A stretch of DNA of 64,000 bases from Candidatus Eiseniibacteriota bacterium (GCA_044223005.1 JBGAML010000006.1:32001-96000); one strand, 5' to 3'; positions 18,801-27,126 are shown, counted from the stretch's first letter. Notes: generated from the letters alone by a model not told the origin. A program made the numbers and translations.

Positions 18801-21800
18801 GAGGTCGGGCACTCCGGAGATCGTGGTGGGATCGCTGTCGCGGTTGTTGCCCGTGCTGGTGTCGCCGCCACCGCTCACGGCGGCGCTGTTGGTGACGCTG
18901 GGCACGGCGGGCGCGGAGACGGCCACGGTCAGCGTGAAGCTCGCCGAGTCACCCGCAGCGATGGGGCCGGGGTTGGTCGCGGTCACGACCTGGCCCGCGG
19001 CGCCGATCGTCCAGCCGCTACCGGTGCCGCTCACGAACGCGAGCCCGGCGGGCAGCGTGTCGCGCACGGTGATCGTGCCCGCGCTCGCCGCCGACCCGAC
19101 ATTGGTCACGACGAACGTGTACGTGCCGTTGGAGCCCACGGCGAAGTTCGCGTTGTGGCGCTTGTCGAGCGTGAGGTCCGTCACGCCCGCAACCGTCGTC
19201 GGATCGCTGTCGCGGTTGTTGCTCGCGCTGGTGTCGCCGCCACCGCTCACGGTGGCGCTGTTGATGACGCTCGGCACGGCGGCCGCCGCGACGGAGACGG
19301 TCAGCGTGAAGCTCGCCGAGTCACCCGCAGAGATGGGGCCGGGGTTGGTCGCGGTGACGACCTGGCCCGCGGCGCCGACGGTCCAGCCGGTACCGGTGCC
19401 GCTCACGAACGCGAGCCCGGTGGGAAGCGTATCGCGGACCGTGATCGTGCCGGTGCTCGCGGCGGAGCCGACGTTCGTGACGACGAACGTGTACGTGCCG
19501 TTGGAGCCCACGGCGAAGTTCGCGGTGTGGCGCTTGTCGAGCGTGAGGTCCGTCACGCCCGCAACCGTCGTCGGATCGCTGTCGCGGTTGTTGCTCGCGC
19601 TGGTGTCGCCGCCACCGCTCACGGTGGCGCTGTTGGTGACGCTGGGCACGGCAGGGGCGCTCGCCGAGACCGTGAGCGTGAAGCTCGACGAGTCCCCGGG
19701 GGCGATGACGTTTCCGAGCGTCGCGGTGACGATCTGGCCGTTCTGCACCACGGTCCACGCGCCGGCCGCACCGACGAAGGTGAGTCCCGCGGGCAGCGTA
19801 TCGCGTACGGTGATTCCGCCCGCGCTCGCCGCCGAGCCGACGTTGGTCACGACGAGCGTGTACGTGCCGTTCGCGCCGACGGCGAAGTTGGCGGTGTGGC
19901 GCTTGTCGATCGTGAGATCGGTCGCTCCGGCGACCGTGGTGGGATCGCTGTCGCGGTTGTTGCCCGTGCTCACGTCTCCGCCACCGCTCACGGCGGCGCT
20001 GTTGGTGACGCTGGGCACGGCAGGAGCGGAGACCCCCATGGTGAGCGTGAAGCTCGACGAGTCGCCCGCCGCGATCGGGCCGGGGTTCGTCGCGGTGACG
20101 ACCTGGCCCACGGCGCCGACGGTCCAGCCGGTACCGGTGCCGCTCACGAACGCGAGCCCCGCGGGCAGCGTGTCGCGGACGGTGATCGTGCCCGCACTGG
20201 CACCGGACCCGACGTTCGTCACGACGAGCGTATACGTCCCGTTCGCGCCGACGGCGAAGTTCGCGGTGTGGCGCTTATCGATTGTGAGATCGGGCGCTCC
20301 GGCGACCGTCGTGGGATCGCTGTCGCGGTTGTTGGCGCCGTTCACGTCGCCGCCACCGCTGACGGTGGCGCTGTTGGTGACGCTGGGCACGGCAGGAGCG
20401 CTCGCCGAGACCGTGAGCGTGAAGCTGGACGAGTCCCCGGCGGCGATGACGTTTCCGAGCGTCGCGGTGACGATCTGGCCGTTCTGCACCACGGTCCACG
20501 CGCCGGCCGCACCGACGAAGGTGAGTCCCGCGGGCAGCGTGTCGCGTACGGTGATTCCGCCCGCGCTCGCCGCCGAGCCGACGTTGGTCACGACGAGCGT
20601 GTAGGTGCCGTTGGCGCCGACGGCGAAGTTCGCGGTGTGGCGCTTGTCGATCGTGAGGTCGGGCACTCCGGCGATCGTGGTGGGATCGCTGTCGCGGTTG
20701 TTGCCCGTGCTGGTGTCACCGCCACCACTGACCGTGGCGCTGTTGGTAACGCTGGGCACGGCAGGCGCCGCGACGGAGACGGTGAGCGCGAAGCTCGCCG
20801 AGTCGCCCGCCGCGATCGGGCCGGGGTTCGTCGCGGTGACGATCTGGCCCGCGGTGCCGACGGTCCAGCCGGTACCGGTGCCGCTCACGAACGCGAGCCC
20901 CGCGGGCAGCGTGTCGCGGACGGTGATCGTGCCGGTGCTCGCCGCAGAGCCGACGTTGCGCACGACGAGCGTGTAGGTGCCGTTCGCGCCGACGGTGAAG
21001 TTCGCGGTGTGGCGCTTGTCGATCGTGAGATCCGGAACGCCGGTGACGGTCGTGGGATCGCTGTCGCGGTTGTTGCCCGTGCTGGTGTCGCCGCCACCGC
21101 TCACGGTGGCGCTGTTGGTAACGCTGGGCACGGCAGGCGCCGCGACGGAGACGGTGAGCGCGAAGCTCGCCGAGTCGCCCGCCGCGATCGGGCCGGGGTT
21201 CGTCGCGGTGACGACCTGGCCCGCGACGCCGACGGTCCAGCCGGTACCGGTGCCGCTCACGAACGCGAGCCCCACGGGCAGCGTGTCGCGCACGGTGATC
21301 GTGCCGCTGGTAGCCGCCGAGCCGACGTTGCGCACGACGAGCGTGTAGCTGCCGTTGGCTCCGACGGTGAAGTTCGCCGTGTGGCGCTTGTCGATCGTCA
21401 GGTCGGGCACCGTGACGGTCACGTCCTCGGCGTTCGACGACAGCGGGGCATAAGCGACACTGGTGGTGCCGTTCACCGTGGAACGTGCGGGATCGAGGTA
21501 CGTCGCGCGCGCCGGGTTCTGGTAAGTGCCGGGCGTCACGCTCGCGGCCACGTTGGCCACGAACGTGATCGAGACGGAGCCGCCGGCGGGAATGTCGAAA
21601 GCGCCCCACGCGGCGACGGCGTCGCCCGCGGTGGGATTGCTGGTCGCGGTGCGCGCGGCGCCGCCGCTGGTGTTCACGCTGCTGGTCGAGGCGTACGTGA
21701 AGCCGGCCGGGAGCGAGTCGGTCACGCTGACCTGCGTGGCCGCGCTGCCAGTGGTGTTGCTCACCGTGATCGTCCAGGTGGCCGTGGTCCCGGAGGCGGT

Positions 21801-23363
21801 GTTGACCACCGCGGGCGTGCTCGTCGTCTTGGAGACCACGAGCTGCGGCAGGCAGGTCGCACCGGGATCCTGTCCCGGCATCTGCGCGGCGCCGAGCGTG
21901 GTGACGCTCGTGCCGCCGGTGCCCGCGGTCGCGCCGTAGTTGTTGCCGGCGTTGACCGTGTAGCCGGCCGCTCCACCCACGACGTCGACCGTCGCCGCGC
22001 TCGAGAGCGCGACGAAGCCGCCACCGCCACCGCCGCCGGGGCCGTGCGCCGAGCCGCCGACGTCGGCGTTGGTGCCGGTCGCGCCGTGCGCGTGCACGGT
22101 GAGCCCGGCGAGCGAGCCCGTGGAGTAGACGACGACGCTTCCGCCGGCGCCGCCACCGCCGCCGCCGTCGTTCGCGGGCGCGGGGCTCGTGACGCCATTG
22201 GTGGTGATCGTGCCGGAGCCCGAGACGGTTCCGGCGCGCACGAACACGATCGCACCGCCGGCGCCGCCGCTGCTCAGCGTGCCGGACGAGTTGTTGCGCG
22301 CGCCCGCGCCGCCACCACCGCCCATCGCGACGCGGTCCACGGCGGGCGAGAAGACGCCGCCGTGGCCGCCGCGCGCGAGGTTCGAGTTCCAGGTGTTGCC
22401 GCCGCCGCCGCCGGTGCCGCCGTTGCCGCCACCGCCGCCGCCCGAGTTCTCGTCATTCGAACTGGGGTGGCCGTCCGTGCCGCCGCCGCCGGCGTTGCCG
22501 GGCGCGCCGCGCGCGGAACTGCCGTTCGGATAGCCGTCCACTCCGGTATCCACCGCGGTGCCCGCGACCGAATTGAGGACGTAGCGGGGCGTGCCCGCGA
22601 CACCTTCACCCTTGGACCCGTGGTAGAGGTTCGCGGCGAGCGTGCGGTAGTCGGTATTCGCGCCGCCGGAAGCGCCTGCCAGCCCGCGACCGAGGCCACC
22701 CCGGAAGCCGCGTCCACTCACGTCGACCGTCGCGCTCCCGAGCGCGAGCGAACCGGCGACGTCCACGGCGAGGACACCACCGATACTGCCGTCCCAGGCC
22801 GAGCAGGTCAGGCCCGAGCCGAGCGTCGCGACCGAGTACTGCGGCACGCGCACGATCTGGAAGCGCCGCTGGCCCTGCGACCCACTCGCCGCCGCGAGCG
22901 TGTACGTGTACAGCAGGCCATTGCCGACGCCCTCGCCGAGGATCGGCACCGCCCCCGCGGCGACCGGTCCGGTCGCGACCACGTACTCGTAGCGCCCGGC
23001 GTTGTTCAGGCTGCTCGAGCCGCTCGCCGGAGCGCCGGCGACGCCGTCGCCGTAGCTGTCGGTGTTGGTCGCGTTGATCGCGGCGTCCTGCATCTGGATC
23101 ACGAGCAGCAGGTCGCCCGCGGCGATCGGCGTGGCGGCGCCGGAGGGCGCGCCGACGGGAATCGAGAACGAGCCCGCGGCGGCGGTCGCCGTGCCGGGGT
23201 AGTAGGTGTTGATCACGCCGGTCAACGTTCCACCCGGGCCGTCCTTGCCGGGATTGGCGCAGAGCTGCGAGCGAGCGGGCAGCGCGCATGCGGACACGAG
23301 CACGGCCGTAAGAACGAAAGCGGCGGGCAGGGTACGGCTGATCGGTGAACGATCCGTGTTCAT
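12813..23363 (-). CDS. Giant surface adhesin-like protein (~3,516 aa): signal peptide, Gly-rich head, ~15 DUF11 domains, SdrD-B-like domain, probable C-terminal beta-barrel
   Basis: 3529-aa ORF; likely start MNTDRSP at 23363. Repeated DLTIDKRH...YTLVVxNVG...TVRDTLPAGL...VTNSATV; C-terminal ~800 aa of amphipathic strands ending YVQMGFKFDE. Confidence 0.9.
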   Translation of the reverse strand: MNTDRSPISRTLPAAFVLTAVLVSACALPARSQLCANPGKDGPGGTLTGVINTYYPGTATAAAGSFSIPVGAPSGAATPIAAGDLLLVIQMQDAAINATNTDSYGDGVAGAPASGSSSLNNAGRYEYVVATGPVAAGAVPILGEGVGNGLLYTYTLAAASGSQGQRRFQIVRVPQYSVATLGSGLTCSAWDGSIGGVLAVDVAGSLALGSATVDVSGRGFRGGLGRGLAGASGGANTDYRTLAANLYHGSKGEGVAGTPRYVLNSVAGTAVDTGVDGYPNGSSARGAPGNAGGGGTDGHPSSNDENSGGGGGGNGGTGGGGGNTWNSNLARGGHGGVFSPAVDRVAMGGGGGAGARNNSSGTLSSGGAGGAIVFVRAGTVSGSGTITTNGVTSPAPANDGGGGGGAGGSVVVYSTGSLAGLTVHAHGATGTNADVGGSAHGPGGGGGGGFVALSSAATVDVVGGAAGYTVNAGNNYGATAGTGGTSVTTLGAAQMPGQDPGATCLPQLVVSKTTSTPAVVNTASGTTATWTITVSNTTGSAATQVSVTDSLPAGFTYASTSSVNTSGGAARTATSNPTAGDAVAAWGAFDIPAGGSVSITFVANVAASVTPGTYQNPARATYLDPARSTVNGTTSVAYAPLSSNAEDVTVTVPDLTIDKRHTANFTVGANGSYTLVVRNVGSAATSGTITVRDTLPVGLAFVSGTGTGWTVGVAGQVVTATNPGPIAAGDSASFALTVSVAAPAVPSVTNSATVSGGGDTSTGNNRDSDPTTVTGVPDLTIDKRHTANFTVGANGTYTLVVRNVGSAASTGTITVRDTLPAGLAFVSGTGTGWTVGTAGQIVTATNPGPIAAGDSASFALTVSVAAPAVPSVTNSATVSGGGDTSTGNNRDSDPTTIAGVPDLTIDKRHTANFAVGANGTYTLVVTNVGSAASAGGITVRDTLPAGLTFVGAAGAWTVVQNGQIVTATLGNVIAAGDSSSFTLTVSASAPAVPSVTNSATVSGGGDVNGANNRDSDPTTVAGAPDLTIDKRHTANFAVGANGTYTLVVTNVGSGASAGTITVRDTLPAGLAFVSGTGTGWTVGAVGQVVTATNPGPIAAGDSSSFTLTMGVSAPAVPSVTNSAAVSGGGDVSTGNNRDSDPTTVAGATDLTIDKRHTANFAVGANGTYTLVVTNVGSAASAGGITVRDTLPAGLTFVGAAGAWTVVQNGQIVTATLGNVIAPGDSSSFTLTVSASAPAVPSVTNSATVSGGGDTSASNNRDSDPTTVAGVTDLTLDKRHTANFAVGSNGTYTFVVTNVGSAASTGTITVRDTLPTGLAFVSGTGTGWTVGAAGQVVTATNPGPISAGDSASFTLTVSVAAAAVPSVINSATVSGGGDTSASNNRDSDPTTVAGVTDLTLDKRHNANFAVGSNGTYTFVVTNVGSAASAGTITVRDTLPAGLAFVSGTGSGWTIGAAGQVVTATNPGPIAAGDSASFTLTVAVSAPAVPSVTNSAAVSGGGDTSTGNNRDSDPTTISGVPDLTIDKRHTANFSVGANGTYTLVVRNVGSAATSGTITVRDTLPAGLAFVSGTGTGWTVGAAGQIVTATSPGPIAAGDSASFTLTVSVAAAAVPSVTNSATVSGGGDTSTSNNRDSDPTTIAGAPDLTVDKRHTTGFVLGGNGTYALVVTNVGSAASAGTITVRDTLPTGLAFVSGTGAGWTVGAAGQVVTATNPGPISAGDSASFTLTVSVAAAAVPSVTNSATVSGGGDTSTSNNRDSDPTTVAGLADLALDKRHASTFTVGGNAGYTFVVTNVGSAASGSQVTVRDTLPAGLSYVSSAGTGWLFSVGGSIVVATHAAPIAAGDSASFTLAVAVDAAAFPSVTNRARVSSNGTDPVPGNDVDSDPATVAGVPDVALVKSNASAFAVGANATYRLSLRNVGTIATTGIVTVRDTLPAGLAFVSGAGAGWVVNASGAVVAGTFLAPIAVADSAFFTLTVAVGAAAAPSVTNHASVSGGGDTNPANDRGASTSPVSGYPDLTLDKRHSGTFSVGTTQSYTFVVRNVGTLPENGTITVRDTLPVGLTYASAAGSGWTFGTSGAVVTATNPGPLAAGDSLLFTINVLVGAAAAPSVTNSASVSALDDGNPTNDRDSDPTGVTGAPDIAVDKRHTVAFTAGQPASWHIVVRNVSAAPTGGTTVVTDDIPAGVRSYVASGAGWVFNSIEIVQPYGNSGRLIASYAGVIAPGDSATFDIVAQLNDPAPDRIVNTVTAGTPGDVNLSNNADADTASVAGGVAVALGLTKTASPTTAELGGLVDYTLVVSNVGAITASDTHVLDHLPAGFRYVSGTVRVDGQKVADPTGSPGPQLDFTVGDVPANRPVTLRYRVVVGAGAGLGTGVNTAIAQAPAPGGLLYASAVAAAKVQVKSGPFSDDGIIAGKLYVDCNCPADGTQGAENTGIPGVRVLLEDGTAAITDVEGKYSFNHVAPRLHVIRVDETTLPAGAVLADEGTRTAGAAHSRFVDLHAGELYRADFREVSGDDHVRDVVRHRRTQGEVTQAADPFAEFGLLHVTAATREGHLVPSYRWEAVGRGVFEDLGNSSTAVVLPRPFADDSSGKDYSTIPMYHLRTDSTGYVVPGDGKTLLRFLPRPAWEPGTRITIETTAGRFTSSDLDPIAPGVQTLVGRDFWFLPPARPGDAMVRTTSGDVSDSTIVHFIPASHPLLVSGLIDARIDWHSSKFGDTPGIATDGFTEALQDVGGWSDEGGSHSGGRGAVYVTGDVGHGATLTGRYDTESDRERRMFRDIRPFEGYDLVGDASVHEWNAPSDSRLYLRVDRQASFAQFGDFTTPMHTGQQLGAFQRSINGAVTHLGDGRVQADAFATQGRSHQVVDELPGLGVSGPYTLSRSDGTLGSEQVEIVTRDRNQPSRILSRRAMVRFADYTVEPFTGRLLFRQPVPGVDVDLNPVSVRVTYEAESVGDAYWTFGGGATVKPTAALTLGAAASRDEDPAKPANLASVDAAWTPVAGLRLAAEAARSDSGSTFLAGDRHGAAWRSELAIDRTDFRAKAFASRVDGTFDNASAGTGAGRAEWGANATLPLGTRTHAFLNALRTEDLVTHGRRTGFELGASRTLGDGVTAEFAYRNAEETSTPASPLTAGAAPNQASSVRGRVTAALPDKVHGSAFLELEEDLDQSTQKRWAVGADARVAARTRLYAQHENIASFAGPFALNTAQQQAHTVIGIASDELRDGQVFTEYRARDAFAGRDAQAAFGVRNRWAVAPGVRVDASFERLSVLEGPGAGGSPSTSVTSGVEWTGDPLWKGTARVEVRDAGDADQWLATLGASRKLDRDWSTLGRLTWLGTPFDEATARRYETQVGLAYRQTDANRVNGLARWQRQYEGNGDVGSSASRRTTNVVRADVNVKPAVRWTLSGQVAAKWLRDRSPGNDLRTTTQLLGGRALVDLTRRFDAGFAGRVLSGTGGQKRWGAGGEVGIGLARGLRGALGWNVFGFQDDGLGLDRSDRGPYVQMGFKFDEATLGLGRK
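16200..21850 (-). repeat. Intragenic tandem array of ~370-bp DUF11-coding units; ~9 near-identical copies at ~18070-21410
   Basis: ggatcgctgtcgcggttgttg recurs with ~369-372 nt period. Confidence 0.95.
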
Positions 23364-23774
23364 CGCGGCGGCCTCGATCCGTGGGTGAGCGGCATCCGGC
23401 ATCGTGGTCGGGGGGGTGACTCACGTCGCCCGTGTCCGCGGGGGCGGGCACAAGGCACCAGATTGCCGTCATCTTCGGCATCCCCTCTCTCGGAGAACAG
23501 TGCTTTTCGCACGACGCGGAATTCCTGCGGTGCGCCGCCGCCGCGCGCGCACCGTCGCCGGCCGGCCGTCAGGCGGGGGGCGCGCGCGTCCCGGCGCGCC
23601 GCCCGGGCCCGGATGGCCGTCGGCCCGACTCCGGCGGCGCGCGATTTTTCTCCCGCAACCGCAACTGTTTGCTCGCGTCGTGCCGCCGATGCCGCTAAGG
23701 TGACGCCGCTTCAGCGACTGGCCGCTCGCACGCACTCGATTCGAGCCTCCGGACAGGAGGTGGAGGAACCGCCG

Positions 23775-25802
23775 GTGAAGGATATTCGCGCCTGGACCAC
23801 GAAGGACTCCGCTGCCCTCTACAACGTGGCGGGCTGGTCCAGTGGCTACTTCCGCATCAACGAGGCCGGGCACGTCGAGGTGACGCCCTCCGGCCCGGAC
23901 GGCGGCAGCATCGACCTGTACGAGCTCGTGCAGGACATGCAGCGTCGCGGGCTCGGTATGCCGCTGCTGATGCGGTTCTCGGACATCCTCCACAGCCGAG
24001 TGCAGCTGCTGTTCGGCTGCTTCGACAACGCGATCCGCGAGTACGGCTACCGCGGGCGATACCGCGGCGTGTTCCCGATCAAGGTCAACCAGCAGCACCA
24101 CGTGGTCGAGGAACTGGTCCGCTTCGGCGGCCCGCTCGGCCTCGGCCTCGAGGCGGGCTCGAAGCCCGAACTGCTCGCCGGCCTCGCGCTGATGGAGGAC
24201 TCGGACGGGCTGCTGATCCTGAACGGGTACAAGGACATCGAGTACATGGAGACGGCGCTGCTCGCGCAGAAGCTCGGCCATCACCCGATCGTGGTGATCG
24301 ACCGCTTCCGCGAGCTGGACCTGCTGCTGCAGGTGGCGCGCCGGCTCGGCATCCGGCCGCACATCGGCGTACGCGCCAAGCTCACCACCAAGGGCGCCGG
24401 CAAGTGGATGGAGTCCACGGGCGACCGCTCCAAGTTCGGGCTGACCGCGACCGAGATGGTCATGCTGCTCGACAAGCTTCGCTCCGAGCAGATGCTCGAC
24501 TGCCTCGAGCTGGTGCACTTCCACATCGGCTCGCAGATCTCGACCGTGCGCGCGATCAAGGACGCCATGACCGAGGCGTCGCGCGTGTTCGTCGAGCTCG
24601 CCAAGGCGGGCGCGGGGCTCAAGTTCCTCGATGCCGGCGGCGGACTGGGCGTCGACTACGACGGCTCGTCCACCAACTGGCACTCGTCGACCAACTACAC
24701 GACGCAGGAGTACGCCAACGACATCGTCGCGGCGATCCAGGACGCGTGCGAGAAGGAAGGCATTCCGCATCCGGACATCGTCACGGAGTCGGGCCGCGCG
24801 CTGGTCGCGCACCATTCGGTGCTGGTGTTCAACATCCTCGACGTGAACGAGGTGCTCGTCGGCTCGACGCCGCCGGCGCCCGGCCCGGGCGATCCGCCGG
24901 TGATTCGCCAGATCATCGAGACGTGGCGCGGCGTGTCGCGCAAGAACTTCCAGGAGTCCTACCACGACGCGCTCCAGGCCAAGGAGGAGGCGACCAACCT
25001 CTTCAACCTCGGCCTGCTCGACCTGAACGGCCGCGCGCGCGTGGAGCAGCTCTTCTGGGGCTGCTGTGAGGCGATCCTCAAGATCATCCGCGAGCTCGAC
25101 TACGTGCCCGACGACCTCGACGGCCTCGAGAAGGGCCTCGCCGACACGTACTACGGCAACTTCTCGCTGTTCCAGTCGGCGCCGGACCACTGGGCCGTGA
25201 AGCAGCTCTTCCCGGTGGTGCCGCTGCACCGGCTCAACGAGCGGCCCACGCGCCGCGGGGTCATCGCCGATCTCACGTGCGATTCCGACGGCAAGATGGA
25301 CCAGTTCATCGACCTGCGGGACGTGAAGAACTGGCTCGAACTGCACGCGTTCGACGGCCGCCCGTACTACCTGGGCGTGTTCCTCGTCGGCGCCTACCAG
25401 GAGATCCTGGGCGACCTGCACAACCTGTTCGGCGACACGAACGCGGTGCACATCGCGCTCACCGAGAGCGGCTATCGCGTGGCGAACGTGGTCGAGGGCG
25501 ATTCGGTGACCGAGGTGCTCGGCTACGTGCAGTACTCCAAGCAGTACCTCGTGCAGCGTCTCCGTCAGTCGATCGAGGAGGCGCTGGGCAAGAACCTGCT
25601 CACTCTCGAGGAGTCGGCGCTGCTCATGAAGCGCTACGACGAAGGCCTCTCGGGGTACACGTACCTCGAAGAGGAGGAGCCGTCGCTCCGCCTCGCCAAC
25701 GGCGCCAACGGCCTCATGTCCGTGCCGGCCGGCCTGCACCCGGTGCAGCACCCCGAGCCGGAGATCGAGGTCGAGGCCGACCCGAGACCCGCGATCTCCT
25801 GA
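23775..25802 (+). CDS. speA: Biosynthetic arginine decarboxylase
   Basis: FPIKVNQ (PLP Lys), LEAGSKPEL, HFHIGSQI, TESGRA, DLTCDSDG, GAYQEILGDLHNLFGDT; GGAGG before GTG 23775. Confidence 0.95.
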   Translation: MKDIRAWTTKDSAALYNVAGWSSGYFRINEAGHVEVTPSGPDGGSIDLYELVQDMQRRGLGMPLLMRFSDILHSRVQLLFGCFDNAIREYGYRGRYRGVFPIKVNQQHHVVEELVRFGGPLGLGLEAGSKPELLAGLALMEDSDGLLILNGYKDIEYMETALLAQKLGHHPIVVIDRFRELDLLLQVARRLGIRPHIGVRAKLTTKGAGKWMESTGDRSKFGLTATEMVMLLDKLRSEQMLDCLELVHFHIGSQISTVRAIKDAMTEASRVFVELAKAGAGLKFLDAGGGLGVDYDGSSTNWHSSTNYTTQEYANDIVAAIQDACEKEGIPHPDIVTESGRALVAHHSVLVFNILDVNEVLVGSTPPAPGPGDPPVIRQIIETWRGVSRKNFQESYHDALQAKEEATNLFNLGLLDLNGRARVEQLFWGCCEAILKIIRELDYVPDDLDGLEKGLADTYYGNFSLFQSAPDHWAVKQLFPVVPLHRLNERPTRRGVIADLTCDSDGKMDQFIDLRDVKNWLELHAFDGRPYYLGVFLVGAYQEILGDLHNLFGDTNAVHIALTESGYRVANVVEGDSVTEVLGYVQYSKQYLVQRLRQSIEEALGKNLLTLEESALLMKRYDEGLSGYTYLEEEEPSLRLANGANGLMSVPAGLHPVQHPEPEIEVEADPRPAIS

Positions 25803-26037
25803 TCCGGCCGACGTTCCCGGCGCGCCCGTGCGGACTCCGCAGGGGCGCGTCGCCGTTTCGTTCGATGTCGCCGAACCGCCCCGGCGGCCGATCGGGCGGC
25901 CGCATTTCGCCCGCGCGCGGGACGCGTGCGACAGGCTAGGATGCGCGCGCGGTCCCCCGCGGCCGCCGGCGCGTCTCCCGTTGCGCCGGTGCGATCGCCC
26001 CGCATTCCATGGCCCACCATCGGGAAGGAGCCCGCCT

Positions 26038-27018
26038 ATGCCCATGCTGCGCTCGATCGCCACACTCGCCACACTCGCCGCCCTCGCCGCCCTCGCCGTC
26101 GTCCCCGTGTCCGCGTCCGCCCAGGCGTCGTGCGACAACATCGGCGGGACGCCGCAGGACGGCGCCGTCTACGCGCCGGAGCACGTGCTCGCCACGAGCT
26201 CGGTGTACACGCTGCGCTTCAACAGCTCGCTCGACCCGAACCTCGAGGCGCCGCAGTTCGGTGACGCGCTCGCGCGCCGAACGGCGTTCCAGCAGGCGGT
26301 CGCCGACTGGAACGCGGCGCTCGCGGCCGTCGGTGCGCCGCTCGTGCTGAACCTCGTGTTCGACGACGCCGCGTGGGCGATCGAGCAGTCGGGGCAGTAC
26401 TGCTCCGACCTGCAGTCGCCGTTCACGGATGTCTTCACCGACTTCCGTGGTTCGCACTACAACGACGGCGCGAGCCAGGTGTCGACGGGCCTCAACCCCG
26501 GCGATGCGAACCTCGATCCGGGCAGCCAGCCGCTCGGCGCGGGCTGGCTGTTGCCCTCGGTGTTCGTCTCGGGCGACACCACGACCGGCGTCGTGGCGAT
26601 CGACCAGGCGCTCGCCGCGAACAAGAACAAGTTCGACAGCGGCAATCCGTCGTTGATCATCGAGTCCGACATCGCGTGGTACACCCACACGCACTACGAG
26701 CCGGCGGGATTCGACCCGGCGTGTCCGCGCACGAGCTGGGATTTTCGGATGGCCGGCGGACCGGATGCGAACCGTTACGACTTCTACAGCGCCATGCTGC
26801 ACGCGGTCGGGCACGCGCTGGGGATCGGGCACCAGACGGCGGACGAGACCGGGAACAATGTGATGCAGGTGACGCTCGGCAAGGGCCAGCGGCGCGCGAT
26901 CGGCGCCAAGGAACTGGCGTGCCTGTGCGCGCGCTACGGCCCGGGTGCGCCGGACTGCGCGATCGCGACGGCGACGAAGCGCTCGACGTGGGGCGGGCTG
27001 AAGAGCATCTACCGCTAG
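26038..27018 (+). CDS. Secreted matrixin/metzincin-like protein lacking the catalytic Glu, with C-terminal TWG..K..YR tail
   Basis: Signal peptide; HAVGHALGIGH plus NNVM Met-turn; ends TKRSTWGGLKSIYR; AAGGAG RBS. Confidence 0.75.
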   Translation: MPMLRSIATLATLAALAALAVVPVSASAQASCDNIGGTPQDGAVYAPEHVLATSSVYTLRFNSSLDPNLEAPQFGDALARRTAFQQAVADWNAALAAVGAPLVLNLVFDDAAWAIEQSGQYCSDLQSPFTDVFTDFRGSHYNDGASQVSTGLNPGDANLDPGSQPLGAGWLLPSVFVSGDTTTGVVAIDQALAANKNKFDSGNPSLIIESDIAWYTHTHYEPAGFDPACPRTSWDFRMAGGPDANRYDFYSAMLHAVGHALGIGHQTADETGNNVMQVTLGKGQRRAIGAKELACLCARYGPGAPDCAIATATKRSTWGGLKSIYR

Positions 27019-27126
27019 CTCGGGGCCGGCGGCATCTCGCGGCGGCCCTCCTGTGGAGGGCCGTGGCATGCTTCACGGTCCATCCCCCCGGCAGGTCCCC
27101 GCGAAGTGCTCTCCGGAGGTCGCGCC

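Noticed and set aside
18070..21410. Regularly spaced repeats as a possible CRISPR array
   Set aside because: Period is ~370 nt, the intervening sequence is also repeated and in-frame coding, and no cas genes are present
15699..23348. 2549-aa plus-strand ORF and the other repeat-like plus-strand ORFs over the adhesin
   Set aside because: Antisense shadows of a GC-rich, codon-biased repetitive gene; R/G/A-rich with no domain signature
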